A stretch of 63,190 nt of DNA, filler included, from Streblomastix strix (taxonomy: Eukaryota), in the NCBI GenBank assembly GCA_008636045.1. It is 4 parts of 4 records of this genome, joined end to end, with 100 filler letters (N's around TTAATTAATTAA, not from the genome) between each part and the next. Parts side by side here need not be neighbours in the genome. Positions count along the whole stretch, not along the records: positions 1 to 15,742 come from SNRW01000944.1; positions 15,843 to 31,578 come from SNRW01000945.1; 2 more parts are not named here. One strand, written 5' to 3'. Numbering within the stretch: position 1 is the stretch's first letter; every line of letters begins with the position of its first letter. The notes below the pieces were generated by a model that saw nothing but the letters and a program-made list of their open reading frames with translations, ran no database searches and was not told the origin of the DNA. Position numbers and translations under genes: made by a program. Shown piece by piece: positions 13,103 to 25,700 of this stretch.

Positions 13103-14426
13103 TCATTTCTAAGCTCCAGCAGTTGTTGCTCGATCAGTATCCTTTGTCATACTTGAGTTTTAAGCTTCTTTTTGTGGTTTTACATCTTGATCATCCTTCT
13201 ACATTTGCGAATTCTAGACTTTTGCACTCTTGTGATCGTTAGGAAACTCAGCATCAACGATCAGTTGAGTCGAAATGATCCGGATGAAATGAAGTGAAGC
13301 AAGGGTTTCGCATGGAGATAACTATAAATCATCTCCTAAAGGAGATTATTATAATACATCTCCTTCGGAGACTCTTGCTCGATCCTCTTATTTCGAGATT
13401 ATCTAAGTAGCTTGCTTCTCGCCGCGATTCTTTACGAGTGCAGATGTTATAGAATCCTACTCATTGTTTACTGCGAAAATGTAGAACTACTAGATTTTCT
13501 TTGAATATTGTGTATGGTGTGTAAAAACTTTTATTGTCCTCCCATCAAAACCCTGTACTGCTAGTTCTGTAGAAGATGTGTGTCTTTTGAAATTCTCGGT
13601 TGCATTTTGTACTCCAATTGTCTGAACAAGTCATTCAAGACGTGTGCTAATGTATCTCTGATCTGCTCGCTTCCATTTCTCAGTCCAGAATAAGAATATA
13701 AAATTTGTTGGACTCTGTTAGAAGTGTTCTCTAAGTCCTGTTAACAAAACAAAAAATGCTTCCGTAGAACAAACTCTAGGATCGTTTATTCTTCTTACAT
13801 CATATTTCTCTCTCTTCCTATATTGTTTGTGTTGGAAGCAAACTGCTGCTGTATGTTCTCTTATCATCAATGATCGATATAAATAAGTCTATGTTCGTCA
13901 TCTCTTCCATTCTCACAAAACATAAAGACATTAAAAGTGAAGCTAGCATTACTTGCAGCTTGTCATTAGAGAGTATATTATTTTCAGGTCTCTCTCCAAT
14001 ACTCTTAAAGTTGATTGATGTCCCAGGTACTCCTATATCTTGGGTTATTAATCTAATGATTAGAAATTGCGTATAAAATAAGTTCTTACGCAGTTGCGGA
14101 GACTTATACTGTTCCAAGTATGAGAGAAAGCATTGTGTTGATTATTGATGCATGATGTTTTGTTGATTATGGCTTTGTTTTCTTTAGTCTTGCTAACCTA
14201 GTCATTAATTAAGTGTTTGTCAATGGTATCTTCTTGTTCATAATATCAATGATGGTATAGTTCTTTCCTTTCATCCAATCATCAAACACTCCGATTGTCT
14301 ACATATATTTCTTTTGAATGTTGTATTTCTATCTTTCAATTATCATTTGTTGGATTTTTCTAACCATGTTCACATTGTCTAAAAATTCTTTTAGTAGTTT
14401 TCTTCCTTTTTCGACTCTTGATCCAT
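13103..14426 (-). pseudogene. Tyrosine recombinase of the second element (frameshifted)
   Basis: MDQESKKGRKLL...; box I LMSLCFVRMEEM; DPRVCSTEAF; ENFKRHTSSTELA (decayed HxxR box); VFTHHT...FYIFA; ends RATTAGAQK* at 13103. Confidence 0.85.
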
Positions 14427-14654
14427 GAAGAATATGCTATTTTTCCTGGTAATAGCATGTCCTTCCTTTTCATCACATCCTTTCCTGTGTTTAGAGAGTC
14501 AGAGTTTTCTCAAAAAATAAAGTATCTGCTACTACCTGTTAGTAAGTGTGTGAACCATATTTAATCTTGCTCCCAAGGTTATATCATGATTAACTTTGAT
14601 TTAATCTTTTCCCAAGCGATCAGCGCTTTTCCAATCTTCGGAATTTGAGTGGAC

Positions 14655-15742
14655 AATAGCCTAAGAGAAAAGTAAAACAGAACCAAAACAATAGATTAAC
14701 TTTCTGCGCTGGACTGGGGACTTGAATGGGATGTATTTAAAGATGATAGACCTAAAAAAACTAGAATTACTCTTCAAATTAAAGATATTTATTAGCTTAA
14801 CAGAAAGACATGTCCCAATTAAGATAAAATTCCTAGCATCGATAAAAGATAAATTGAATTTTCTAGGAATCCAAGTAAGGGAAGCTTCCCTCTACTTAAA
14901 ATTAATGGACTCAGCAAAAACGAGAGCGTTGAAAAATAAAAAATGGAGAGACAATATGATTCTACTCAAGAAAATCCTTCAAGAGCTTCAATGGTGGCAA
15001 GGAGTGATATTGAGGAATTAAGAGATGATATTAGAAGTGAGAATTCCAGAGGCAGTAATGGTATCAGACGCATCTCCGAAGAGTTGGGGAGTGACTCCGG
15101 AACTACAAACAGGGGATACTTTAGTCCAACATCGAGAAAGGAATAAGGAACAGAAGCATTGGACAAGCAATAAAAAGGTGATGGAAAACATATACCTTGG
15201 TCTATTCCGTTATGGATAAATCTTTAAAGAGCAGCAAATCAAAGCGATCATCATTACTTCAGGCAGTTCTACCGAAATATATGATTTTGCAAAACAGAGA
15301 ACAGGATAAACACTGTTAGTAGAAGTGAAGATAATAGTAAAGCTATGCCAACAATTGAGAATTCAAACACAGATTCAACATATTCCAGGAGTATCAAACA
15401 AGATAACAGACGCGCTAAGCAGGTTAAGTACCCAGGGCGATTATTCATTAAAAAAAAGAATCATTCAGAGCTGCCTGCCAGGCGTGGCTGATACGTCCAG
15501 TACTGGACTTTTTCGCTACACGGGAAAATAAACTCGTGGTTAGATTATTAGCATTAGAAGAGGAAGAGGAAGACGTGGAGTGGTTAAACGTATTTTTTTA
15601 GGATTTTGGAAGAAAGAGATCATTTGGACACCCACCATCAAATTCCGAAGATTGGAAAAGCGCTGATCGCTTGGGAAAAGATTAAATCAAAGTTAATCAT
15701 GATATAACCTTGGGAGCAAGATTAAATATGGTTCACACACTT
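14655..15742 (+). pseudogene. DIRS RT thumb, RNase H and methyltransferase fragment
   Basis: KLNFLGIQVREASLYL, LQWWQ, VMVSDASPKSWG, WTSNKKVME, QHIPGVSNKITDALSRLSTQGDY, IPKIGKALIAWEK...IMIQPW. Confidence 0.85.
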
Positions 15743-15842
15743 NNNNNNNNNNNNNNNNNNNNNNNNNNNNNNNNNNNNNNNNNNNNTTAATTAATTAANN
15801 NNNNNNNNNNNNNNNNNNNNNNNNNNNNNNNNNNNNNNNNNN
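15743..15842. other. Artificial scaffold-joining spacer
   Basis: 44 N + TTAATTAATTAA + 44 N. Confidence 0.97.
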
Positions 15843-15844
15843 AT

Positions 15845-18800
15845 TGTGAATCAAGCAGAACACCAGTTGGATGTAGATGTGACACAGAATCTATCTCATA
15901 TGATCCAACAACTTGTGCAAATGAGCTTAAATGCTAATCAGGTGAATATCCTTCAAAAGATAACTGTAAATGTGATCCAGTAGATGCTGTATGTAAGGCA
16001 GGTTAAATTGATCCAACTTCTCTTTTCTTCCGTAACAACAAGATTGATGAAAAATATACAATAACCATTGATTATAAGAATATTAATGGTGGATCAGATT
16101 ATACAAGCAAAATTAAGATTGCAGACTTTAAGCCAATCAATAAGACAGCAAAAGTAACAGATGATAAATATGTTATAATGCCAGACAGTGACTCATCAGT
16201 TTCTGCGATGAAAACAAGCAAAGCTCTGAATTAATCAGAAAGTCGGTGCAAATTGGTTGATGATAGTCGCAAGAATCTATATTATGGTCTGTATGGGTAT
16301 TCTGTATTTGCTTACACAACACGAAGAGATTTTGCACCATCAATAACTGCATTGCTCAGAAATGGTCCAAACAAGATCAGGTACAGCAATGTTCCATTAG
16401 ATGAATAGAGTTATTATTCTGATATTGACATTGAGAAATCATGTTCAACTGTTGATGCAATTAGATATTTGTCTTATGGAATCAATGCTGGTATGATAAA
16501 TACTAATTGTATTGACAATACTCAAGTTCCTGATGAAGGAGACAAATGCACACGATCCTCAATCTCATTTATCCCACAATTGACAGGTTTTTCTGAAGGC
16601 CATTTCAGTGGTTTGACCTCATCTGAAGTAAAAGATCTTATTATCCGCTTTGGTCCTGTTCTTTATACCAATAACGAAGCTGATCATGGACTCATTGTTG
16701 GTTGGGAGAAAGTTGCACAAACAAACTCGAATGCAGTTTAAGTCGACAATTGGATTGAGGTGAGACTTTGGCTTGGGGAATACATCCTGGTTAATAATCC
16801 AGTATCTAAGACGGCCAAGTTTGAAGGAACTGTGATATTTAATATTTCATGTTTGGAGGACGAAGCTTCCATTGAATGCCATCCAATGAAAGGATGTGTA
16901 AGTAATACTCAAGTACTACCATGCTACTGCACAGGATAAAGTGCTTTTGATACCGAAGACTGCATTTGTGCTGGGAATAATATAGCCACCATTGAAGAAG
17001 GGAGTTGCGTGTGTGCTGATTTGCATCATCCGCGTAATTGTCTTTGTGCTTCAAATAATGACATTAACTGTATATGTTCAAAGTTTGGTGAACCTAACAA
17101 CTGCAAATTACTCAAATGCGCTGGATCAACGAATGATGATCTTCCATGTGAATGTGTGGACAACTTTGATCCTGATGGATGCACTCAAGTCAAATGCACA
17201 GGTAGTGATGATTATGGATAATGTATTTGTTCTGGTGCAGAAAACGAACCCACTTCATGTATAAACATTCCTTGCACTGGAACCAATGACTATTCCAAGT
17301 GCTTATGTTCAGGAGCTGATGGAGAACCAAAAACTTGTTTATGCACTGGAGCAGACTATGAACCAACAACATGTACATGCACCTTAGATAAACATGAAAG
17401 TGGATGTACATGTTCAGGAACTGATGTTGATCCTGATGATTGTAAGTGTTCAGGTGTAGAAGATGAACCTGATACATGTTTATGCAGTGGAGCATTGAAT
17501 GAACCTGATACTTGTACACTCGTTTATTGCACTGGAACAGATGATTATTCCAAGTGCTTATGTTCAGATGTTTTAGATCAACCAAAAACATGTACATGTA
17601 TTGGAACATTAGATGAACCATCAACTTGTACATGTTCATCATATAAACATGAACGAGGATGTACATGTTCAGGAACATCTTCTGATGCTTCTGATTGTTT
17701 ATGCATAGGTATTAGAGGAGAACCAGANNNNNNNNNNTTGGAACATTAGATGAACCATCAACTTGTACATGTTCATCATATAAACATGAACGAGGATGTA
17801 CATGTTCAGGAACATCTTCTGATGCTTCTGATTGTTTATGCATAGGTATTAGAGGAGAACCAGACACATGTTTATGCAGTGGAGCATTGAATGAACCAAG
17901 TACATGCACACTTATTCCATGTACTGGAACTAATGACTTACCCAAATGTATTTGTACGGGGGTTTAAGGATAACCAAGTACTTGTACTCAAAATTGTGAA
18001 GGTTTAACAAATGAGACGCTGATAAGCATATGCGCATGTCCAACAAATCCTGATGAACTATAGAATGATCCTCGGAAAGATGGACTGTGCAAACCAAAAG
18101 AAGAAATAAAATACTGTACTTCAGGATCATATACCAATTGCACATGCCCTGCAGGTCAGAATTTCACAACAGCCTGTTAATAATAACAGGGAACAATAAA
18201 ACCTTCACCAACTCCATCATCAGATGATGAAGAAGATTAATGCAGTTCATTACCAACTTGGGCATTAATTGTAATGATTGCTATGGGAATAGCTATACTC
18301 TAATTAATTATTATTATTATTGTATTGATTATTATGGTTGTAGTATGAAGAAATAAATATAATATTTATTTTATTATTATTTAATTATTATTTAATAATT
18401 TCATTTTTACATAAATATTAAACTTTTATATTATATCTAGAATTATAAAAATAAAGCTTAAGTTGTTCCTGTACCATCTGCATAAACTAGAGTAGTTCCT
18501 CTCTTATAAGCAAAATCATATTCTTATGGTGCATAATTTTCTCAAAGTTATGAAACAACACAACCTCCAAATCAATAACAGAATCCAAACTTTCAGAAAG
18601 ATCTTCCATAAGAATAATATCCACAATATGAGAAGCCAAAATCTCCATAAAAGAGAAAACATTCACCCAATAAACACAAATCACCTTAGCGACACGAATC
18701 ACTTCATGAAGACTCATAAGAAGAAGAATAGTAATCAGCACTTCATACTCCTCCTCCTCCTGATCTGAATCAACCCCATAAGAAGAAGAGGCCACAGAAG

Positions 18801-18998
18801 CAAAAAGAAATGCAATAAGTTCAGGAGAATAATCAGAATCAACCAGGAAATGAATAGGGTCAAGTTCCTGATTCTTTACCAACAACTCAATAAAACCCTC
18901 GTAAGAAGCAACAGGCAAAAAAACAGCAAAATCCTCCAATTAAATCTACTTCCCCAAACGCAGCACAATCTGATTAGGGATGGACAAGTGAGAATTGA
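15845..18998 (+). CDS. 5'-truncated Cys-rich type I membrane protein with a degenerate papain(C1)-like domain
   Basis: Open with TAR=Q: IDYKNINGGSDYTSKIK ... EVKDLIIRFGPV ... DHGLIVGWE ... NWI; then many CxCxG repeats; TM WALIVMIAMGIAILQLIIIIIVLIIMVV; intron 18343-18440; Q/P/K-rich tail ending GWTSEN* (TGA 18996-18998). Confidence 0.8.
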
Positions 18999-19724
18999 TG
19001 AAAAAGAAAAGAGGATAATAGATTGGAATGTTTGATATATTACCAGTATAATTCAGTTTTTTTTTTAATTTAATAGTTATTTTGAAAACCACACTTCATT
19101 ATTTTTAATTAATTTTTTGATTCAGTTAGGTATTAGTTCTTTTATTTATATTATTCAATAAAGCTTAATACAAATCTAAAATCAACAAATAATTAATCTT
19201 CATTTATTTATTCTTTTATTTATTTATTTTTAGTTATAATTAATTTAAAGACTCATTTATATTGAATAAATTTTTAGATAATATCCTTCTTGTATGTCAT
19301 CATTCAAAATATTTCTAAGAACTAATTTGATAATTCATTCAAAATAATTAATCGCTTGTCCGTTCCTTTCACTCGTAGAGTTCAAACGACCAATAATTAT
19401 GATTCTGATTAAAATCATATTTACTTTCAATATATAAACCATCACAAATATATTAATTTAAAATTTATAATTTACTAACAGCAATTCAATTTTTTGTGAT
19501 TTGCATGGTCATCTGCTTACAATTCAAAATTTTTGATCTATATTCGTGAATTAAATTTTAAATTATATACTTATATTTGTATTTAAATCGAACAGTGGCA
19601 AACGTTGGCTCTATCATTTTAGAAATATTTAAAAATCAATGTAATTTCTGCTGCGCACTTTATTTTGATTCTTTAAAACATTTTTTATAAATATTATTTT
19701 TATTCCATTAGAAACTTACTATAG

Positions 19725-22700
19725 ATGTCAGCGCGTAGTTGGATTCAGAAGGACATTCTATGCTCTATCATGGAGTAGCGCGATATGAGCATCATCAACG
19801 AAGTTGGCGGAGTGCACGGAATGTTGCAATACTTGCATACATCTGAACTAGGGATTGATCCACGAATGCCTGAAATCGAAGCGCGACTATTTCTGTTAGT
19901 AATTTTCTAACAACATTTTCCTATTTTTGTTTGATCTTTTATTCAGATACGGTAAAAATGAATTTGTTAAACCATAAACCAAGTCATTTCTTCGACTTTG
20001 GTATAATATTACATTTATTCTAATACTATTCCTCTTCATCTATCATATTTTAATTTGTAGGTTCGAGTCTTTTAATGATACCACTCTTTTAATCCTTCTT
20101 GCCCTTGCTGTCATTTCACTTATTATCGCACTTGCTGTTGAATAGGTTAGCAAAATGAAATATTTGAGGATTAACAAGAGAAATAATTTACATCTTCATG
20201 AATATATAATTATTATCATATTATACAATATTTCTTTATTTTAACTAATTTTAATCAGGGCAAAGATCTTTCCTGGCTTGATGGAGTAGCCATTCTGTTA
20301 ACTGTTATTGTTGTTACACGTATTCAATTAAATATTATAGTGCATTATCTTAATATAAACACAATATATCATTTATCAGTTGTATCATCAATAAATACGT
20401 GGTCATAGGAGAGGTAATTCCAGTAATTGAATGAAAGATAGAAGGATAGAACAATTATAGTCATTAGAGGTGGAATACCAACTCAAATTTCAGTCTTTGA
20501 ATTGCTTGTGTGCAGAAAAAATTAATGATTTAATATTATATTTTATGATAATACTATATTTTAATTACATTTTTTTAATAAATTTTCTTTAATTTATGCT
20601 TAATTTCATTTTATTTTATCAATTTCTGTCTTAATTTACATTCTATTTATTAATACTAAATAGGTTGGTGACATATTTACAGTACAGACTGGAGATGTGC
20701 TTCCTGCTGATGGACTTGTTACAGAATCAAATAATATATCATGTGATGAGGTGTGAATATATATATTTATATACATTCAAATAAAAGACTAAAATATATA
20801 TTATTAGGCGCCAATGACAGGAGAATCTCATTTAATAAGAAAGACTTATAATTAAAATCCATTCATGTTATGTGGATGTAAAGTATAGACTGGGTATGTG
20901 ATATACATAATACAAGAGAGAAAATTATATAATTTTAAAAAAAAGAATAAAAATATAATTGAATAATAATTAACTCTATAAAGAAAATATATGAAATTGA
21001 TATTTTTATTCATATATTCCTTTGTTATGTAACAGTTTTGGAAAGATGGTTGTTGTTGCTGTTGGAATGGACACATAATTTGGTAAATTGAAACAAGCTG
21101 TTCTTTAGAGTGCATAAGTATACTAAAAATTTTAATAATGATTAAAATATGAATATTATATTAATATACATTCATATATATTATTTATTGTAGGAACGAC
21201 AACAAACACCACTGCAAGAGAAACTTGATGATTTAGCCAAATGTATTTCTTCTTCATTATAATTATTCTCATCTCTTCTATTTTAATCATTTTTTCGTAA
21301 TTTTTAAGTGATTGGTTATATTGGAATGGTAGCAGCTGCCTTCACTCTTCTGTTATTGCTTATTTTCTGGATTATTCCCGGAGCTAAAAATCCATCAAGA
21401 GTAAGAATAATTAAATACTATTTAGAATTAAATATATTAATTTATTTTCTTATTTAAATTATATAATATATTGTGTATTTTTAATTCAGTTTAAAACTGG
21501 TGAATATTGGCTTCTTCTAGTTGATTACTTCATTATTGCAGTCACTATTATTGTTATGGCTGTACCTGAAGTATGTTAAATATTATATATTAATATTGCT
21601 ATAGATAGCATTATTATTATAATATTAAATTTGGGAATATAAATTTATTTATTAGAATAAATCTAGTATAAATTAGCTTCATAATATATTTTTATAAATT
21701 TACTTTATTATCACTATTATTAATAGGGTCTTCCACTAGCAGTGACCATTGCACTTGCTTATTCAATGAGGAAGATGCTTAAAGACAACAATTTGGTATT
21801 TTTAATTAAAATACTTTCATTAATTATCTCTACATTCAATTCTTTATTATTTCAGGTCCGTGTGTTATCTTCTTGTGAAACAATGGGAGGAGCAACTACA
21901 ATATGTTCAGACAAAACAGGGACACTCACTCAGAATAAGATGAAAGTAACAGCTGGAATGTTTGATGGGGTATGAACATGCAAATTTATTATTAATGTTT
22001 AAATTATATGGAATGAATTTATTTATTGATTATTGCCTATAATTTTCTTTTATTTTATTTAATAGTGTTTTGTAGATCCAATACCAAAATTATAATAATA
22101 ATAATATTATTAGTAAATGGCCGTTATATATAATAATTACATGACTCAATAAAATGAAAGAATTAGGAAAATATGTATGATAAATATTATTACTTAAATA
22201 AATAATAAGTAAGAAAGAAAGTTTAAAATAAATTTTATTTTTATTATTTCTTTTGCTATTAATTTTGTATTAATTTCAGAACCACGTAAACTTCAGTCAA
22301 ATTCATCCACATATTCCAATTAAAGTATGACTTCTGAGCAAGGAGAAGAATGTTTGTATAAATATTATGTTATTATATTATTATTATGAGAGTTTACTTT
22401 ATTGTATTTTAATATTATTTATTTTTGTTATTTTCATTAAAGATGAATAAGATGGAAAAGCCATTTAAATGGAGATACAATAAAAATTAGATTAAGTTGC
22501 TGAATGTATTTATATAAATAATTTATATTAAATTTTATTTATAAATAATTCACACCAAATTTAAATTCATTTATGTATTATTTAATAAATTTATTATAGA
22601 ACGTGGAACATCAAACCAATAATTAGATGGAGCTAAATCAGAAGGAAAAGGAAGCTTTGATGTTGGTGATTAGGGATTGAATGTATTATACGTTTTACTT

Positions 22701-25700
22701 AATTATCAAATAATTTATTTATTTATCTTTTTTTTAATTATATAATTTATTTATTACTTATCACTTTTATTCATAATTTCATAATTATAAGGTTGCTAAT
22801 TCATAAATTAAACCATTAACTTTATAATAGTAGTAACCGGGTTCATAATAAAATATTCCTTATATAGCTCCTCCTCAGATGGCTACTACTCCACGGTATA
22901 TAACTATTATAAAAAATTTGTTTGGAACTTTATTGATAGTACAGAATGAAAATATATGATATATTATTATATTTTTATTCATTTATTGTTTGAGCAGAAT
23001 CACTGCTCCAACGCTTATGACACCTGCGTATGTTGCTGCTTTATTCTATAAATAATAATATTTTATTTGTAATGCATTATTTATCTAATTATCCAATCTA
23101 TTACCATATCAGTGTCAACAATCTCCCATTAAGCTCATTTAGTTCTCAATATCAGTAGAACTCAGCCAGTCAAAGTTCATAACTTGGAGCTTCATAAGGT
23201 CGGGTATCTGCATTTGGAGCATAACAACTCCCTCTGTCTTCATCACAGACATCTCTGACCATATCTAAACAGTCGAGCAGGTTTGTACCTCCTGGATACT
23301 AATAGTTATAGAAGTAAGGGTCAACTGGATATTTATAGACACAGCAGCAATAAAATATTGAAGGAGGAAAAGGATTGACTAAGAAAGGAAGCCTTTATGG
23401 ATCAATAGGGTCTTAGAGCTAATTATCTCCATTATAACAAAGTTTGTATATATATGAATAATAAAATAATAATAATTGAGAGAAAATATAATTATAATTT
23501 TCAATTTCATAATTTATATTTATTTTATATATTTCTTATTAAAATTCTGTTTAATTTTTCATTTTTATAGCGAAAGGGATATCAGGGTTTATAAAAAGAT
23601 CATTCTCAAGGGTGAAATAACAAGTATTCAATATTTGAAAGGATATAAAATAATAAATTATTTATTACTGCCATTGCTATATTTATATGATAACTCAATA
23701 AAGGGATCATAAAATCCACCAGAAAAACCACCTTTCTTTTTCACCAAAGAGTATCTTTCTATTCTGTGTGAGTCCATTGCTATGAATTCCAGCGCCAATT
23801 TGAGGTATGCTTATATTTATTAAAGAGAATTACTTATTTTGAAAATAATAATTAATATTAAATTTCATCAAATCTTTCTTTTTTATATTTAATTATTTTA
23901 TATTTATATTTTGTATTAAAGATTGAATGAAACAGGAATGGTTGAATATTTGGGCAATGTGACAGAATGCGCACTATTATTGTTTGCTATGGAATAGAAT
24001 GTAGATTATACTGTAATTAGAAGATAAGTATGATTAGGAGATAATGAATGAAAATAATTAGAAAATAAAATATCAACAAAATAAATACAAAATTAATATT
24101 TAGAACTTGAACTATCATTTAATATATATATAATTCCTATTTCTAGGTTTAAATTGTATAAACATTCCCATTTTCCTCTGAAAAGAAGAGGATGACGGTT
24201 GTTGTAGATAAAGGGCAGGATAAACTTAGAGTATTTACTAAAGGTTTTTTTAATAAATTAATTTAAATTAAGTATATATACAATTAATAAATAAAAATAT
24301 TTAACATTCCTTAATTATTTCATTCATAATATAATATAATTTATTAATAATAATGCATATAATAGGAGCAAGTGAGATTGTGAGCAGTTTATGTACAAAA
24401 GTGATTAAAGATGGAGATATAGTTGACATTGATGAAGATAAGAGAGCTGAGATAGGTATGATAGATAATGAATGAGACTTGGATAGAAATAAAAATAATT
24501 TATGTTTAAATTTAAACCTATTATTTTATTTCTTTTTAATACAAAATTTTTCTTAGATTAAAATATTAACAAGATGGCTTCATATGGATTGAGGACACTA
24601 GCTGTGAGTTATAGGTTAATATTTTATTATAATTTTATACTATATAATCTCAATTATCATTATTGTATAGAGATTATTCAGCAGAAGAAGCAGAAAACCA
24701 TAAAATGAAGAAAAGAAATGAAAGGTTGAACTAACAGAAGAAGGAAAGTATATAATTTAAATATATAAAAATTTAATTTAAATATATTTTTATTTTTATT
24801 ATATTTATTTATTCAAAGCGAATGATGGTGTAACTGAACAAGATGTGAATGAAAACATCGCTAGTAAAGGTAAAAATTTAAAAATTTATATTCTTTTGAA
24901 AATTTTATTATTTAATTATTAATTAATTAATATAATTTATAATTAATATTTATAGATAAAATAAACCCAGCTTAATCGGAATAAGAAGAAGATGAATAAT
25001 CAGGTCCATTTGGATAATAAGCTCCCGAAGATGATATGATTTTGATTGGAATTACTGGTGTGAAACTAAAAATAATAAGAAAACAATATTTTTTTATATG
25101 AAATTAACTTTTTGTACATATTATTTTAATGTATAATAATTATGCATAAAAACTAGGTATCAAAGATCCACTTCGAGAAGAAGTTCCAATTGCCATTCAA
25201 GATTGTCATGATGCTCATATCAGTTTGAAATGAAATATAATTTAATTTTATTATTAATTTTTATTAAATTTTTATTTTTTAAATATTTTTTTTAATAAAA
25301 CTTAGTGGTCAGAATGGTTACTGGAGACAACATTATAACTGCCATACATATTGCAAAGGTATTCATTATTATTATAAGCAATATTTTATATATATTATAC
25401 CATTATTTCTATTTTATTTACAATTAAACACAGGAATGTGGAATATATGAACCTGGATGGGGAATAGCGATGGAAGGTCCTGTGTTCAGAAACTTATCTG
25501 AAGAAGATAGACAAAGAGTGTTACCCAAATTATAAGTGTTGGCCAGGTATAAATTAAATTCATATGATTTTATATTCAATTGATCCTCTTATTCTCTTTA
25601 ATTTTCAGATCGTCTCCAATAGATAAACACACTCTTGTTTCTGGATTGCAGAAATTGGAACATGTAGTAGCTGTTACTGGAGATGGTACATATTTATTTA

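Larger units (their letters stand above)
12735..15742 (-). mobile_element. Second tyrosine-recombinase retrotransposon (different family), 3' half, cut by scaffold end and internally inverted
   Basis: YR and the end of MT on the minus strand (13103-14650); RT thumb, RNase H and MT on the plus strand (14655-15742); short direct repeat 12743-12794 / 13358-13409. Confidence 0.85.

Noticed and set aside
17601..17864. Exact ~127-bp direct duplication either side of a 10-N gap
   Set aside because: Typical unmerged contig overlap at a scaffold gap, not a real repeat
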